A DNA stretch of 64,000 nt, taken from positions 12,310,376 to 12,374,375 of the forward strand of contig CM082592.2 in the NCBI GenBank assembly GCA_040954595.2, given 5' to 3'. The DNA is from Balanoglossus misakiensis (Eukaryota > Animalia > Hemichordata). The notes under the pieces were generated by a model. That model did no database searches. It had not been told where the DNA came from and saw only the letters and a list, made by a program, of their open reading frames with translations. The position numbers and the translations under genes are program-made. Shown here piece after piece: positions 1-10,300 of the stretch. Every line of letters begins with the position of its first letter. The stretch's first letter is position 1.

Positions 1-260
1 TCGACCGCAACCTGGCCCACTTTCACCGCGCCGTCTGGACAGCAAGTCGACCGCAACCTGGCCCACTTTCACCGCCCCGTCAGGACAGCAAGTCGACCGC
101 AACCTGGCACACTTTCACCGCGCCGTCAGGACAGCAAGTCGACCGCAACTAGGCCCACTTTCACCGCGCCGTCAGGACAGCAAGTCGACCGCAACTTGGC
201 CCACTTTCACTGCGCCGTCAGGACAGCAAGTCCACCGCAACCTGGCCCACTTTCACCGCA
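1..260 (+). repeat. 46-bp satellite, variant A (gtcgaccgcaacctggcccactttcaccgcgccgtcaggacagcaa), runs off the left edge
   Basis: tcgaccgcaa recurs at 1, 47, 93...; ~5.5 copies; differs at 8 of 46 positions from the main-array monomer. Confidence 0.95.
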
Positions 261-261
261 C

Positions 262-377
262 CCTCCTCCGACTCCTCCTCCACCTCCACCTCCACCTCCA
301 CCTCCACCTCCACCTCCAGCTCCAGCTCCACCTCCAGCTCCACCTCCAGCTCCAGCTCCAGCTCCACCTCCAGCTCC
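262..377. repeat. (CTCCAC)/(CTCCAG) hexamer microsatellite
   Basis: Directly visible tandem hexamers. Confidence 0.9.
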
Positions 378-479
378 AACTTGGCCCAGATTCACCGCGC
401 CGTTACGACAGGAAGTCGGCCGTTACGACAGGAAGTCGCCCCCAACTTGGCCCAGATTCACCGCGCCGTTACGACAGGA
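376..479 (+). repeat. ~2 monomers of 46-bp satellite variant B (main-array type)
   Basis: caacttggcccagattcaccgcgccgttacgacagga occurs twice, with a partial monomer between. Confidence 0.9.
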
Positions 480-678
480 TTCTGAAATGAATCTCCTGGA
501 GCATATCACTTACTCAAGTCATCTACACTTCCTATTTATAGCAAGCAGGTCATCTATTTTGGTGCCAAATCATCTCTGTGCACTATTTTCGGAAAATGGC
601 TGTGCTAGTTCTGTTCTCTAATGGTACCTGTAGTGGTATGACTGTCTGACTCCCATCCCAAGGAAGACACATTTTTTT

Positions 679-679
679 T

Positions 680-762
<83 letters not shown>
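679..762. repeat. (TCA)n trinucleotide microsatellite, ~27 units
   Basis: Perfect tcatcatca... tract. Confidence 0.97.
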
Positions 763-765
<3 letters not shown>

Positions 766-1390
766 CCTCCACCTCCACCTCCACCTCCACCACCTCCTCC
801 TCCTCCTCCAACTCCTCCTCCAACTCCTCCAACTCCTCCTCCAACTCCTCCTCCTCCTCCTCCAACTCCTCCTCCTCCTCCTCCTCCTCCTCCAACTCCT
901 CCTCCTCCAACTCCTCCTCCAACTCCTCCTCCTCCTCCTCCTTCTCCAACTCCTCCTCCTCCTCCTCCCCCTCCTCCAACTCCTCCAACTCCTCCTCCAA
1001 CTCCTCCAACTCCTCCTCCAACTCCTCCAACTCCTCCTCCAACTCCTCCTCCAACTCCTCCTCCTCCTCCAACTCCTCCTCCTCCTCCAACTCCTCCAAC
1101 TCCTCCAACTCCTCCTCCAACTCCTCCTCCAACTCCTCCAACTCCTCCTCCAACTCCTCCAACTCCTCCAACTCCTCCTCCAACTCCTCCAACTCCTCCT
1201 CCAACTCCTCCAACTCCTCCTCCAACTCCTCCTCCAACTCCTCCAACTCCTCCTCCAACTCCTCCTCCAACTCCTCCAACTCCTCCTCCAACTTCTCCTC
1301 CAACTCCTCCAACTCCTCCTCCAACTCCTCCTCCAACTCCAACCTCTCCTCCAACTCCTCCTCCTCCTCCTCCAACTCCTCCAACTCCTC
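763..1390. repeat. Compound (CTC)n/(CTCCAA) low-complexity tract
   Basis: Visible; source of the poly-E and poly-G ORFs on the minus strand. Confidence 0.95.
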
Positions 1391-1635
1391 CTTTGCTGCT
1401 GCTTGAAAACATACGTTCACATATGTCAGATGATGGACACATACAGATAACAGAACATTACAGGATTCAATGTCAATTTACAACTCCACACAATGCACAC
1501 CATCTAATGAACGTTCAACTTGTCTGAGCGAGTATTATGGCTAACAATAGAAAGCACACAAATATTCTGTGTAAGAAACATAAGACGTAAAATTCAGGAA
1601 GCTTGTCTGTTGAGATGTGTCACTGTAAAACTTAC

Positions 1636-1933
1636 ATTTGTCTGTGGCAAGCTGCTGGCAGTAAATGACAATGTTTGAGTAAACAGGCCAGAGTACATCT
1701 GGATGCAGCGTCCAGAAGTGGTTCCTCTGTTACTTCATTTGTATCCCAATCTGTGAAGACAACAATTAAGTTTCAGTCACAGCCTTCAGTGGATTCAAAC
1801 CTTGCCAAGTGACTCTTCTGCTAAGAACCACAGAGAGTTTTCACTTACCCCTGTGCCTCGCATATTCCTGCATATTCATCCATATTGACTGTGCCGGCTC
1901 TCTGCTTATTCCTAGGATGAGATCCATTAATAC
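1636..1933 (-). pseudogene. HERC1: HERC1 (giant HECT E3 ligase) internal fragment, minus strand: 5'-truncated exon ~1933-1849 and complete exon 1750-1636
   Basis: Spliced translation VLMDLILGISREPAQSIWMNMQEYARHR/DWDTNEVTEEPLLDAASRCTLACLLKHCHLLPAACHRQ across a 98-bp GT-AG intron (phase 1); resembles recalled vertebrate HERC1 DLALGCTKEPARSLWISMQDYAVSKDWDS...LLDTVSRFVLAALLKH. Absent from the ORF track. Confidence 0.85.
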
Positions 1934-1934
1934 A

Positions 1935-2044
1935 TTCTGCGTGGATCTTCAGGAAGGTACCTTCTCACACCTGCGGACATTCCTGGAACGTTATTGTGAT
2001 GGCTTTGATCGTCCCAAACCACCACCACCTTTCCCAGCAGCTAG
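1935..2044 (+). CDS. HERC1: HERC1 fragment exon (5'-truncated) FCVDLQEGTFSHLRTFLERYCDGFDRPKPPPPFPAA(R)
   Basis: Ends AG|GTAAGT, phase 2; homology begins at the inversion junction. Confidence 0.85.
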
Positions 2045-2141
2045 GTAAGTTCCAAGCTCTAACTCCAACTGTCCCTTTGAAAGAAGATCAAAATGTCAAC
2101 CAAAGAATTGAAATATCATTATGTTCATTCCTTTACTTCAG

Positions 2142-2307
2142 AGAACACCATCACTTCGTCATGTTGTGTTTGAAGCTGCTGTGTACACACCTACAGTTGG
2201 CGTTAGCCGGTGGTGTTGCAGCCACTATTCTTGGCAATCAGGCAAGACCTCTGCGACATCTTCTATTTAGACTCATGGACTCTAACACGCCTGAGTCAGT
2301 CCAACAG
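2142..2307 (+). CDS. HERC1: HERC1 fragment exon EHHHFVMLCLKLL...PESVQQ
   Basis: ttacttcag acceptor, CAG|GTAAGT donor, frame continuous with previous exon. Confidence 0.9.
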
Positions 2308-2483
2308 GTAAGTCATCCCAGACACTCTCATAGCTTTACTCAAGTAACACGTATACATGTATGTATGCTAATATTGGATAGCTTTCAATTGTTATCGAGA
2401 GATCTGAAAATTAATAATCAGTCTCATTTACTATTAAATACAAAACTGACAATGACATATTGTTTTGTAAACAACGTCAACAG

Positions 2484-2609
2484 GCTGTAAGTGAAACCTT
2501 GTCAGTTGGAGCACCTTTACTTCTACCACCATTACGTGAAAGGATGGAACTTTTGCATTCTCTACTGCCTCAAGGACCAGACAGATGGGATGGCCTCTCA
2601 AAGGGACAG
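2484..2609 (+). CDS. HERC1: HERC1 fragment exon AVSETLSVGAPLLLPPLRERMELL...LSKGQ
   Basis: aacag acceptor, CAG|GTAATC donor, 126 bp, phase 0-0. Confidence 0.9.
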
Positions 2610-2850
2610 GTAATCCTAAGTCTTCATTTGTCACTAAGGTTATCAGCATCAAATGTCACATCAAATGATGGCATATCATCTTATCCAGAGTATTAAAATA
2701 TTTAATTGCATGGGAATAATATTACTAATCTTCTGGAGTGTTCTTCTGCTACGTATGGCTGAGCTCTATTTTTTTATTCGATTTTTCCTCTTCCAAAGAA
2801 AAATAAAACTTTAAGAATATTTGAACATGAATATTTGTTTTCTTTTCCAG

Positions 2851-3039
2851 AGAATGCAACTCGGAATAATTCTTACCAGTCTACAAGATAACACTCATGT
2901 AGCCTCACTTCTTGGGTTTTCCTCCCCACTGGATATGGATTTAGAACCCAGAAATGTCCAAGCTACCAGCAGTCAACAAGATACACACCTTGCTGAAGTC
3001 TTAATGAAAACTTTACTCAGAAATTTAGGCTTCCATACA
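2851..3039 (+). CDS. HERC1: HERC1 fragment exon RMQLGIILTSLQD...LLRNLGFHT
   Basis: ttttccag acceptor, GTAAGA donor, 189 bp. Confidence 0.9.
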
Positions 3040-3246
3040 GTAAGATGGTTATCTCTTTAGGAGAACATAACTTAACCCTTACATGTCCATTTCCTCTAAA
3101 ATGACTGTGCAGTCTTTTTCAGTTTCAACAGAAAAGGACTGATAATAACAAACCCTTATTCTGTTTTATTGAACATGTGAATAAATTGCATATGTGTGGT
3201 ATGACAGGCCTTGTCAAAAACACGATTTTTCTTGAAAAAATTCCAG

Positions 3247-3399
3247 GAACAGGCATTTGGTGAATTGGAAAAGAACAGTGATAAAGATCCTAGTTCCATC
3301 TCCTGTGAAGATGGGGCACCTCCATCACATCTACATGAACTGCTGTCGTCATTACAGAAACACTTGTTGGCTTTCATACATGTCAATGCAGGTGAAGAG
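3247..3399 (+). CDS. HERC1: HERC1 fragment exon EQAFGELEKNSDK...HVNAGEE
   Basis: ttccag acceptor, GAG|GTAAGT donor, 153 bp. Confidence 0.9.
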
Positions 3400-3590
3400 G
3401 TAAGTGCAATCAAACTTCTAGAGTTGTGTATTATCTCAGAATGTAAGATTGGTTTTCAGGCATTTGAAATGAATTGGTGTGTTAATCTGGGTACATAGCT
3501 TGTGCAAAGCTGGCAAATAGTACCAGTTAATTGAACAGAAATTGTGTACATTGCTTTTTTCATTAAGTTAGATATTCAACTCACTTTCAG

Positions 3591-3729
3591 ATCAGTGTCA
3601 GTGTCTCTCTGCTGCACAAACATCTGACATTACTGTTACCACATGCTGTTGAAGTTCTGAGCAGATCAGTGTCATTGCTTCAAGAAAGTGCTGGAGTCAC
3701 TTCATCAGCTGTCAGAGACAAACTTCGAG
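3591..3729 (+). CDS. HERC1: HERC1 fragment exon ISVSVSLLHKHLTLLLPHAVEVLSRSVSLLQESAGVTSSAVRDKLR
   Basis: ctttcag acceptor, G|GTCAGT donor; LLHKHLxLLLPHA motif matches recalled HERC1; translated by hand. Confidence 0.88.
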
Positions 3730-3854
3730 GTCAGTATTAACACAGCTCACTTTCTGCCCCTTAGTGTTTAATATCTAAGTTCATAGTTACACTGCAATGT
3801 GAAAATGTTTGTTTTGAACCAGATTTGTCAGTTGTGCTCCAATCCAGCCAGGTT

Positions 3855-3995
3855 GGCCAGGTTGCGGTCGACTTGCTGTCCTAACAGCGCGGTGAAAGTG
3901 GGCCAGGTTGCGGTCGACTTGCTGTCCTAACGGCGCGGTTAAAGTGGGCCAAGTTGCAGTCGACTTGCTGTCGTAACGGCGCGGTGAAAGTGGGC
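3855..3995 (-). repeat. Three inverted copies of the 46-bp satellite (A-like)
   Basis: ggccaggttgcggtcgacttgctgtcctaacggcgcggtgaaagtg is the reverse complement of an A-like monomer. Confidence 0.93.
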
Positions 3996-4046
3996 GTAGT
4001 AATTACATGACAAGTTAAAATTCGGACAAGGATGCATTAGGAATTC

Positions 4047-4231
4047 ACATACGCATACACTAATACATGCATGAATACATTTCATACATACATGCACACA
4101 TTACATACATGCATACATGCATACATTACATACATGCATACATGCATACATGCATACATGCATACATACATACATACATACATACATACATACATACATA
4201 CATACATTACATACATTCATAAATGCATACA
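4047..4231. repeat. Degenerate (CATA)n/(CATG) tetranucleotide microsatellite
   Basis: Visible catacatacatgcata runs. Confidence 0.9.
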
Positions 4232-4445
4232 TAGAGAACAATTTTGTACCCATACAATTCAATTTTTTTAATTTTCCTGACCTTCACTATCAGGTTTTGG
4301 GAATGACAGCTAATTTAAATTGAATTACAATACAATACTTAAACATATTTTCATCAGTGAACTTTTAACTGGTGAACAAATTGGAGACCATTATTAAACA
4401 AAGTTTCCCCGAGCCTGTTTACCATTCCAGCCAAAGTATTAGTTG

Positions 4446-4521
4446 TTAGGGTTAGGGTTAGGGTTAGGGTTAGGGTTAGGGTAAGGGTTAGGGTTAGGGG
4501 TAGGGTTAGGGTTAGGTTTAG
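4446..4521 (+). repeat. Interstitial telomeric tract, ~12 x TTAGGG with variants, same orientation as the terminal telomere
   Basis: ttagggttaggg... with taaggg, gtaggg and ttaggt variants. Confidence 0.95.
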
Positions 4522-5092
4522 TGTTGAAATTAACAAATGGCTGAAATGGCACAAACAATTTCATAAATTGAATCAAATTCCTTTGACTGCAAAATTCACT
4601 GAACAAAGTTTGCTCTGTGCAAACTTGTAATTCTAAGAAATACTGTATCTATGGACATTTAGGCTACAGTTAAATAATTAATACTGTGTCCTAATCTGAA
4701 TCATTCCTTATCATAACACATAACCAGTGAGCTCAAGGGAACATGTAAGGAAAGTTAATGTCATAGTCCCCACTGTATCATTAGATTAAACAGCAACATT
4801 CTCTCTTTTTGATCTTTTAGAGATTAATTTCGTTTGATACAGAATGGTGATTTTAAAAATCATTATTTTTTAACACAAAAATTTAATGCAAGTATTCAAT
4901 GTATACTTGACAACATTCAAAGCTCAAAAAGAGAGATTGTGTCACTTTATAAGAAAACTGGACGGAAGACAATCTATAAGTTTTCTCTTCATTCTCATTA
5001 TAAACTCTTAAAATGCCGACTGAAAATCTATGTCTTCTCTTTATTTTGCATTCAGACTTCATCTGCCAAGATGCAAGTATTTTATTGGGTTG

Positions 5093-6601
5093 CCAGTGCC
5101 CCTCCAGTCTGCTCCAGTGCCCCTCCAGTCTGCTCCAATGCCCCTCCAGTCTGCTCCAATGCCCCTCCAGTCTGCTCCAATGCCCCTCCAGTCTGCTCCA
5201 ATGGCCCTCCAGTCTGCTCCAATGCCCCTCCAGTCTGCTCCAATGCCCCTCCAGTCTGCTCCAATGCCCCTCCAGTCTGCTCCAATCTGCTCACTCCAGT
5301 CTGCTCCAATGCCCCTCCAGTCTGCTCCAGTGCCCCTCCAGTCTGCTCCAATGCCCCTCCAGTCTGCTCCAATCTGCTCCCTCCAGTCTGCTCCAATGCC
5401 CCTCCAGTCTGCTCCAATCTGCTCCCTCCAGTCTGCTCCAGTGCCCCTCCAGTCTGCTCCAATCTGCTCCCTCCAGTCTGCTCCAGTGCCCCTCCAGTCT
5501 GCTCCAGTGCCCCTCCAGTCTGCTCCAATCTGCTCCCTCCAGTCTGCTCCAATGCCCCTCCAGTCTGCTCCAATCTGCTCCCTCCAGTCTGCTCCAATGC
5601 CCCTCCAGTCTGCTCCAATCTGCTCCCTCCAGTCTGCTCCAATGCCCCTCCAGTCTGCTCCAATGCCCCTCCAGTCTGCTCCAGTGCCCCTCCAGTCTGC
5701 TCCAGTGCCCCTCCAGTCTGCTCCAGTGCCCCTCCAGTCTGCTCCAGTGCCCCTCCAGTCTGCTCCAGTGCCCCTCCAGTCTGCTCCAGTGCCCCTCCAG
5801 TCTGCTCCAATGCCCCTCCAGTCTGCTCCAGTGCCCCTCCAGTCTGCTCCAGTGCCCCTCCAGTCTGCTCCAATGCCCCTCCAGTCTGCTCCAATGCCCC
5901 TCCAGTCTGCTCCAATCTGCTCCCTCCAGTCTGCTCCAATGCCCCTCCAGTCTGCTCCAGTGCCCCTCCAGTCTGCTCCAATGCCCCTCCAGTCTGCTCC
6001 AATCTGCTCCCTCCAGTCTGCTCCAGTGCCCCTCCAGTCTGCTCCAATCTGCTCCCTCCAGTCTGCTCCAGTGCCCCTCCAGTCTGCTCCAATCTGCTCC
6101 CTCCAGTCTGCTCCAGTGCCCCTCCAGTCTGCTCCAGTGCCCCTCCAGTCTGCTCCAATCTGCTCCCTCCAGTCTGCTCCAATGCCCCTCCAGTCTGCTC
6201 CAATCTGCTCCCTCCAGTCTGCTCCAATGCCCCTCCAGTCTGCTCCAATCTGCTCCCTCCAGTCTGCTCCAATGCCCCTCCAGTCTGCTCCAGTGCCCCT
6301 CCAGTCTGCTCCAGTGCCCCTCCAGTCTGCTCCAGTGCCCCTCCAGTCTGCTCCAGTGCCCCTCCAGTCTGCTCCAGTGCCCCTCCAGTCTGCTCCAGTG
6401 CCCCTCCAGTCTGCTCCAGTGCCCCTCCAGTCTGCTCCAGTGCCCCTCCAGTCTGCTCCAGTGCCCCTCCAGTCTGCTCCAGTGCCCCTCCAGTCTGCTC
6501 CAGTGCCCCTCCAGTCTGCTCCAGTGCCCCTCCAGTCTGCTCCAGTGCCCCTCCAGTCTGCTCCAATGCCCCTCCAGTCTGCTCCAATGCCCCTCCAGTC
6601 T
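5093..6601. repeat. Minisatellite of 21-bp (gcccctccagtctgctcca[a/g]t) and 24-bp (ctccagtctgctccaatctgctcc) units, ~70 units
   Basis: Visible tandem array; ORF periods of 7 and 8 aa. Confidence 0.95.
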
Positions 6602-6794
6602 CCTCCAACTCCTCCTCCAACTCCTCCAACTCCTCCTCCAACTCCTCCTCCAACTCCTCCAACTCCTCCTCCAACTCCTCCAACTCCTCCTCCTCCTCCT
6701 CCAACTCCTCCTCCAACTCCTCCTCCAACTCCAACCTCTCCTCCAACTCCTCCTCCTCCTCCTCCAACTCCTCCAACTCCTCCTCCAACTCCTC
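6602..6794. repeat. (CTC)n/(CTCCAA) tract, homologous to the end of the 763-1390 tract
   Basis: Shares the diagnostic ccaactccaacctctcctcc irregularity. Confidence 0.9.
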
Positions 6795-7375
6795 CTTTGC
6801 TGCTGCTTGAAAACATACGTTCACATATGTCAGATGATGGACACATACAGATAACAGAACATTACAGGATTCAATGTCAATTTACAACTCCACACAATGC
6901 ACACCATCTAATGAACGTTCAACTTGTCTGCGCGAGTATTATGGCTAACAATAGAAAGCACACAAATATTCTGTGTAAGAAACATAAGACGTAAAATTCA
7001 GGAAGCTTGTCTGTTGAGATGTGTCACTGTAATACTTACATTTGTCTGTGGCAAGCTGCTGGCAGTAAATGACAATGTTTGAGTAAACAGGCCAGAGTAC
7101 ATCTGGATGCAGCGTCCAGAAGTGGTTCCTCTGTTACTTCATTTGTATCCCAATCTGTGAAGACAACAATTAAGTTTCAGTCACAGCCTTCAGTGGATTC
7201 AAACCTTGCCAAGTGACTCTTCTGCTAAGAACCACAGAGAGTTTTCACTTACCCCTGTGCCTCGCATATTCCTGCATATTCATCCATATTGACTGTGCCG
7301 GCTCTCTGCTTATTCCTAGGATGAGATCCATTAATACATTCTGCGTGGATCTTCAGGAAGGTACCTTCTCACACC
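6795..7375 (+). repeat. Direct segmental duplication of 1391-1971 (offset 5404 bp)
   Basis: Near-identical; only 2 substitutions noticed (ctgagcg/ctgcgcg, taaaact/taatact). Confidence 0.95.
7040..7337 (-). pseudogene. HERC1: Second copy of the minus-strand HERC1 exons (7337-7253, 7154-7040), followed by a plus-strand HERC1 stub at 7339-7375
   Basis: Part of the 5404-bp-offset duplication. Confidence 0.85.
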
Positions 7376-10300
7376 AGCAACTTCGACCGGATTCACCGCG
7401 CCGTTACGACCGGAAGTCGCCGCAACTTGGCCCGGATTCACCGCGCCGTTACCACCGGAAGTCGACGGCAACTTGGCCCAGATTCACCGCGCCGTTACGA
7501 CCGGAAGTCGCCTGCAACTTTGCCCAGATTCACCGCGCCGTTACGACAGGAAGTCGCCGGCAACTTGGCCTAGTTTCACCGCGCCGTTACCACCGGAAGT
7601 CGCCGGCAACTTGGCCCGGATTCAAAGGAAGTCGCCATCAACTTGGCCCAGATTCACCACGCCGTTACCACAGGAAATCGACGGCAACTTGGCCCAGATT
7701 CACCGCGCCGTTACGACAGGAAGTCGCCGGCAACTTGGCCCAGATTCACCGCGCCGTTACCACCGGAAGTCGCCGGCAACTTGGCCCATAATCACCGCGC
7801 CGTTACCACCGGAAGTCGCCGGCAACTTGGCCCAGATTCACCGCGCCGTTACCACAGGAAGTTGCCGGCAACTTGGCCCAGATTCACCGTGCCGTTACGA
7901 CCGGAAGTCGCCGGCAACTTGGCCCGGATTCACAGGAAGTCTCCGGCAACTTGGCCCAGATTCACCGCGCCGTTACGACAGGAAGTCGCCGGCAACTTGG
8001 CCCAGATTCACCACGCCGTTACGACCGGAAGTCGCCGCAACTTGGCCCGGATTCACAGGAAGTCGCCATCAACTTGGCCCAGATTCACCGCGCCGTTACC
8101 ACAGGAAGTCGCCGGCAACTTGGCCCAGATTCACCACGCCATTACGACCGGAAGTCGCCGGCAACTTGGCCCAGATTCACCGCGCCATTTTGACCGAAAG
8201 TCGCCAGCAACTTCGCCCGGATTCACCGCGCTGTTAAGACCGGAAGTCACCGCAACTTGGCCCGGATTCACCGCGCCGTTACCACCGGAAGTCGACGGCA
8301 ACTTGGCCCAGATTCACCGCGCCGTTACGACCGGAAGTCGCCGGCAACTTTGCCCAGATTCACCGCGCCGTTACGACAGGAAGTCGCCGGCAACTTGGCC
8401 TAGTTTCACCGCGCCGTTACCACCGGAAGTCGCCGGCAACTTGGCCCGGATTCACAGGAAGTCACCATCAACTTGGCCCAGATTCACCGCGCCGTTACCA
8501 CAGGAAGTCGCCGGCAACTTGGCCCAGATTCACCACGCCATTACGACCGGAAGTCGCCGGCAACTTTGCCCAGATTCACCGCGCCGTTACGACAGGAAGT
8601 CGCCGGCAACTTGGCCTAGTTTCACCGCGCCGATACCACCGGAAGTCGCCGGCAACTTGGCCCGGATTCACAGGAAGTCACCATCAACTTGGCCCAGATT
8701 CACTGCGCCGTTACCACAGGAAGTCGCCGGCAACTTGGCCCAGATTCACCACGCCATTACGACCGGAAGTCGCCGGCAACTTGGCCCAGATTCACCGCGC
8801 CGTTACGACAGGAAGTCGCCGGCAACTTGGCCTAGTTTCACCGCGCCGATACCACCGGAAGTCGCCGGCAACTTTGCCCGGATTCACAGGAAGTCACCAT
8901 CAACTTGGCCCAGATTCACCGCGCCGTTACAACAGGAAATCGCCGGCAACTTGGCCCAGATTCACGGCGCCGTTACGACCGGAAGTCGCCGCAAATTGGC
9001 CCGGATTCACAGGAAGTCGCCATCAACTTGGCCCAGATTCACCGCGCCGTTACCACAGGAAGTCGCCGGCAACATGGCCCAGATTCACCACGCCATTACG
9101 ACCGGAAGTCGCCGGCAACTTGGCCCAGATTCACCGCGCCGTTACGACAGGAAGTCGCCGGCAACTTGGCCTAGTTTCACCGCGCCGTTACCACAGGAAG
9201 TCGCCGGCAACTTGGCCCAGATTCACCACGCCATTACGACCGGAAGTCGCCGGCAACTTGGCCCAGATTCACCGCGGCGTTACGACAGGAAGTCGCCGGC
9301 AACTTGGCCTAGTTTCACCGCGCCGATACCACCGGAAGTCGCCGGCAACTTGGCCCGGATTCACAGGAAGTCACCATCAACTTGGCCCAGATTCACCGCG
9401 CCGTTACCACAGGAAATCGCCGGCAACTTGGCCCAGATTCACCGCGCCGTTACGACCGGAAGTCGCCGCAACTTGGCCCAGATTCACCGCGCCGTTACCA
9501 CCGGAAGTCGCCAGCAACTTGGCCGAGATTCACCGCGCCGTTACGACAGGAAGTCGCCGGCAACTTGGCCCAGATTCACCGCGCCGTTACCACCGGAAGT
9601 CGCCGGCAACTTGGCCCGGATTCACAGGAAGTCGCCATCAACTTGGCCCAGATTCACCGCGCCGTTACGACAGGAAGTCGCCGGCAACTTGGCCCAGATT
9701 CACCACGCCGTTACGACCGGAAGTCGCCGCAACTTGGCCCGGATTCACAGGAAGTCGCCATCAACTTGGCCCAGATTCACCGCGCCGTTACCACAGGAAG
9801 TCGCCGGCAACTTGGCCCAGATTCACCACGCCATTACGACCGGAAGTCGCCGGCAACTTGGCCCAGATTCACCGCGCCGTTATGACCGAAAGTAGCCAGC
9901 AACTTCGCCCGGATTCACCGCGCCGTTACCACAGGAAATCGCCGGCAACTTGGCCCAGATTCACCGCGCCGTTACGACAGGAAGTCGCCGCAAACTTGGC
10001 CCAGATTCACCGCGCCGTTACCATCGGAAGTCGCCAGCAACTTGGCCGAGATTCACCGCGCCGTTACGACAGGAAGTCACCGGCAACTTGGCCCAGATTC
10101 ACCGCGCCGTTACCACCGGAAGTCGCCGGCAACTTGGCCCGGATTCACAGGAAGTCGCCATCAACTTGGCCCAGATTCACCGCGCCGTTACCACAGGAAA
10201 TCGCCGGCAACTTGGCCCAGATTCACCGCACCGTTACGACCGGAAGTCGCCGCAACTTGGCCCGGATTCACAGGAAGTCGCCATCAACTTGGCCCAGATT

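Larger units (their letters stand above)
1935..3855 (+). pseudogene. HERC1: HERC1 internal fragment (region just after the first RCC1-like domain), 6 exons plus a broken 7th; no start or stop
   Basis: Exons ~1935-2044, 2142-2307, 2484-2609, 2851-3039, 3247-3399, 3591-3729, ~3832-3855 with GT-AG introns and compatible phases; motifs LLPPLRERMELLHSLLPQGPDRW, DTHLAEVLMKTLLRNLGF and QAFGELEKNSDK match recalled HERC1. Confidence 0.93.

Noticed and set aside
480-678. Minus-strand AG...GT-bounded segment (~514-627) resembling an exon
   Set aside because: Stop codons in all three frames and no recognisable homology
196-1442. Poly-P, poly-G and poly-E/D ORFs (196-621, 605-1420, 759-1442)
   Set aside because: Translations of hexamer, CTC and TCA microsatellites; open in several frames, no domain
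4834-6994. Five overlapping ~600-aa ORFs (SNAPPVC, LEQTGGA repeats etc.)
   Set aside because: Result of stop-free repeat units with lengths divisible by 3; nothing favours one frame
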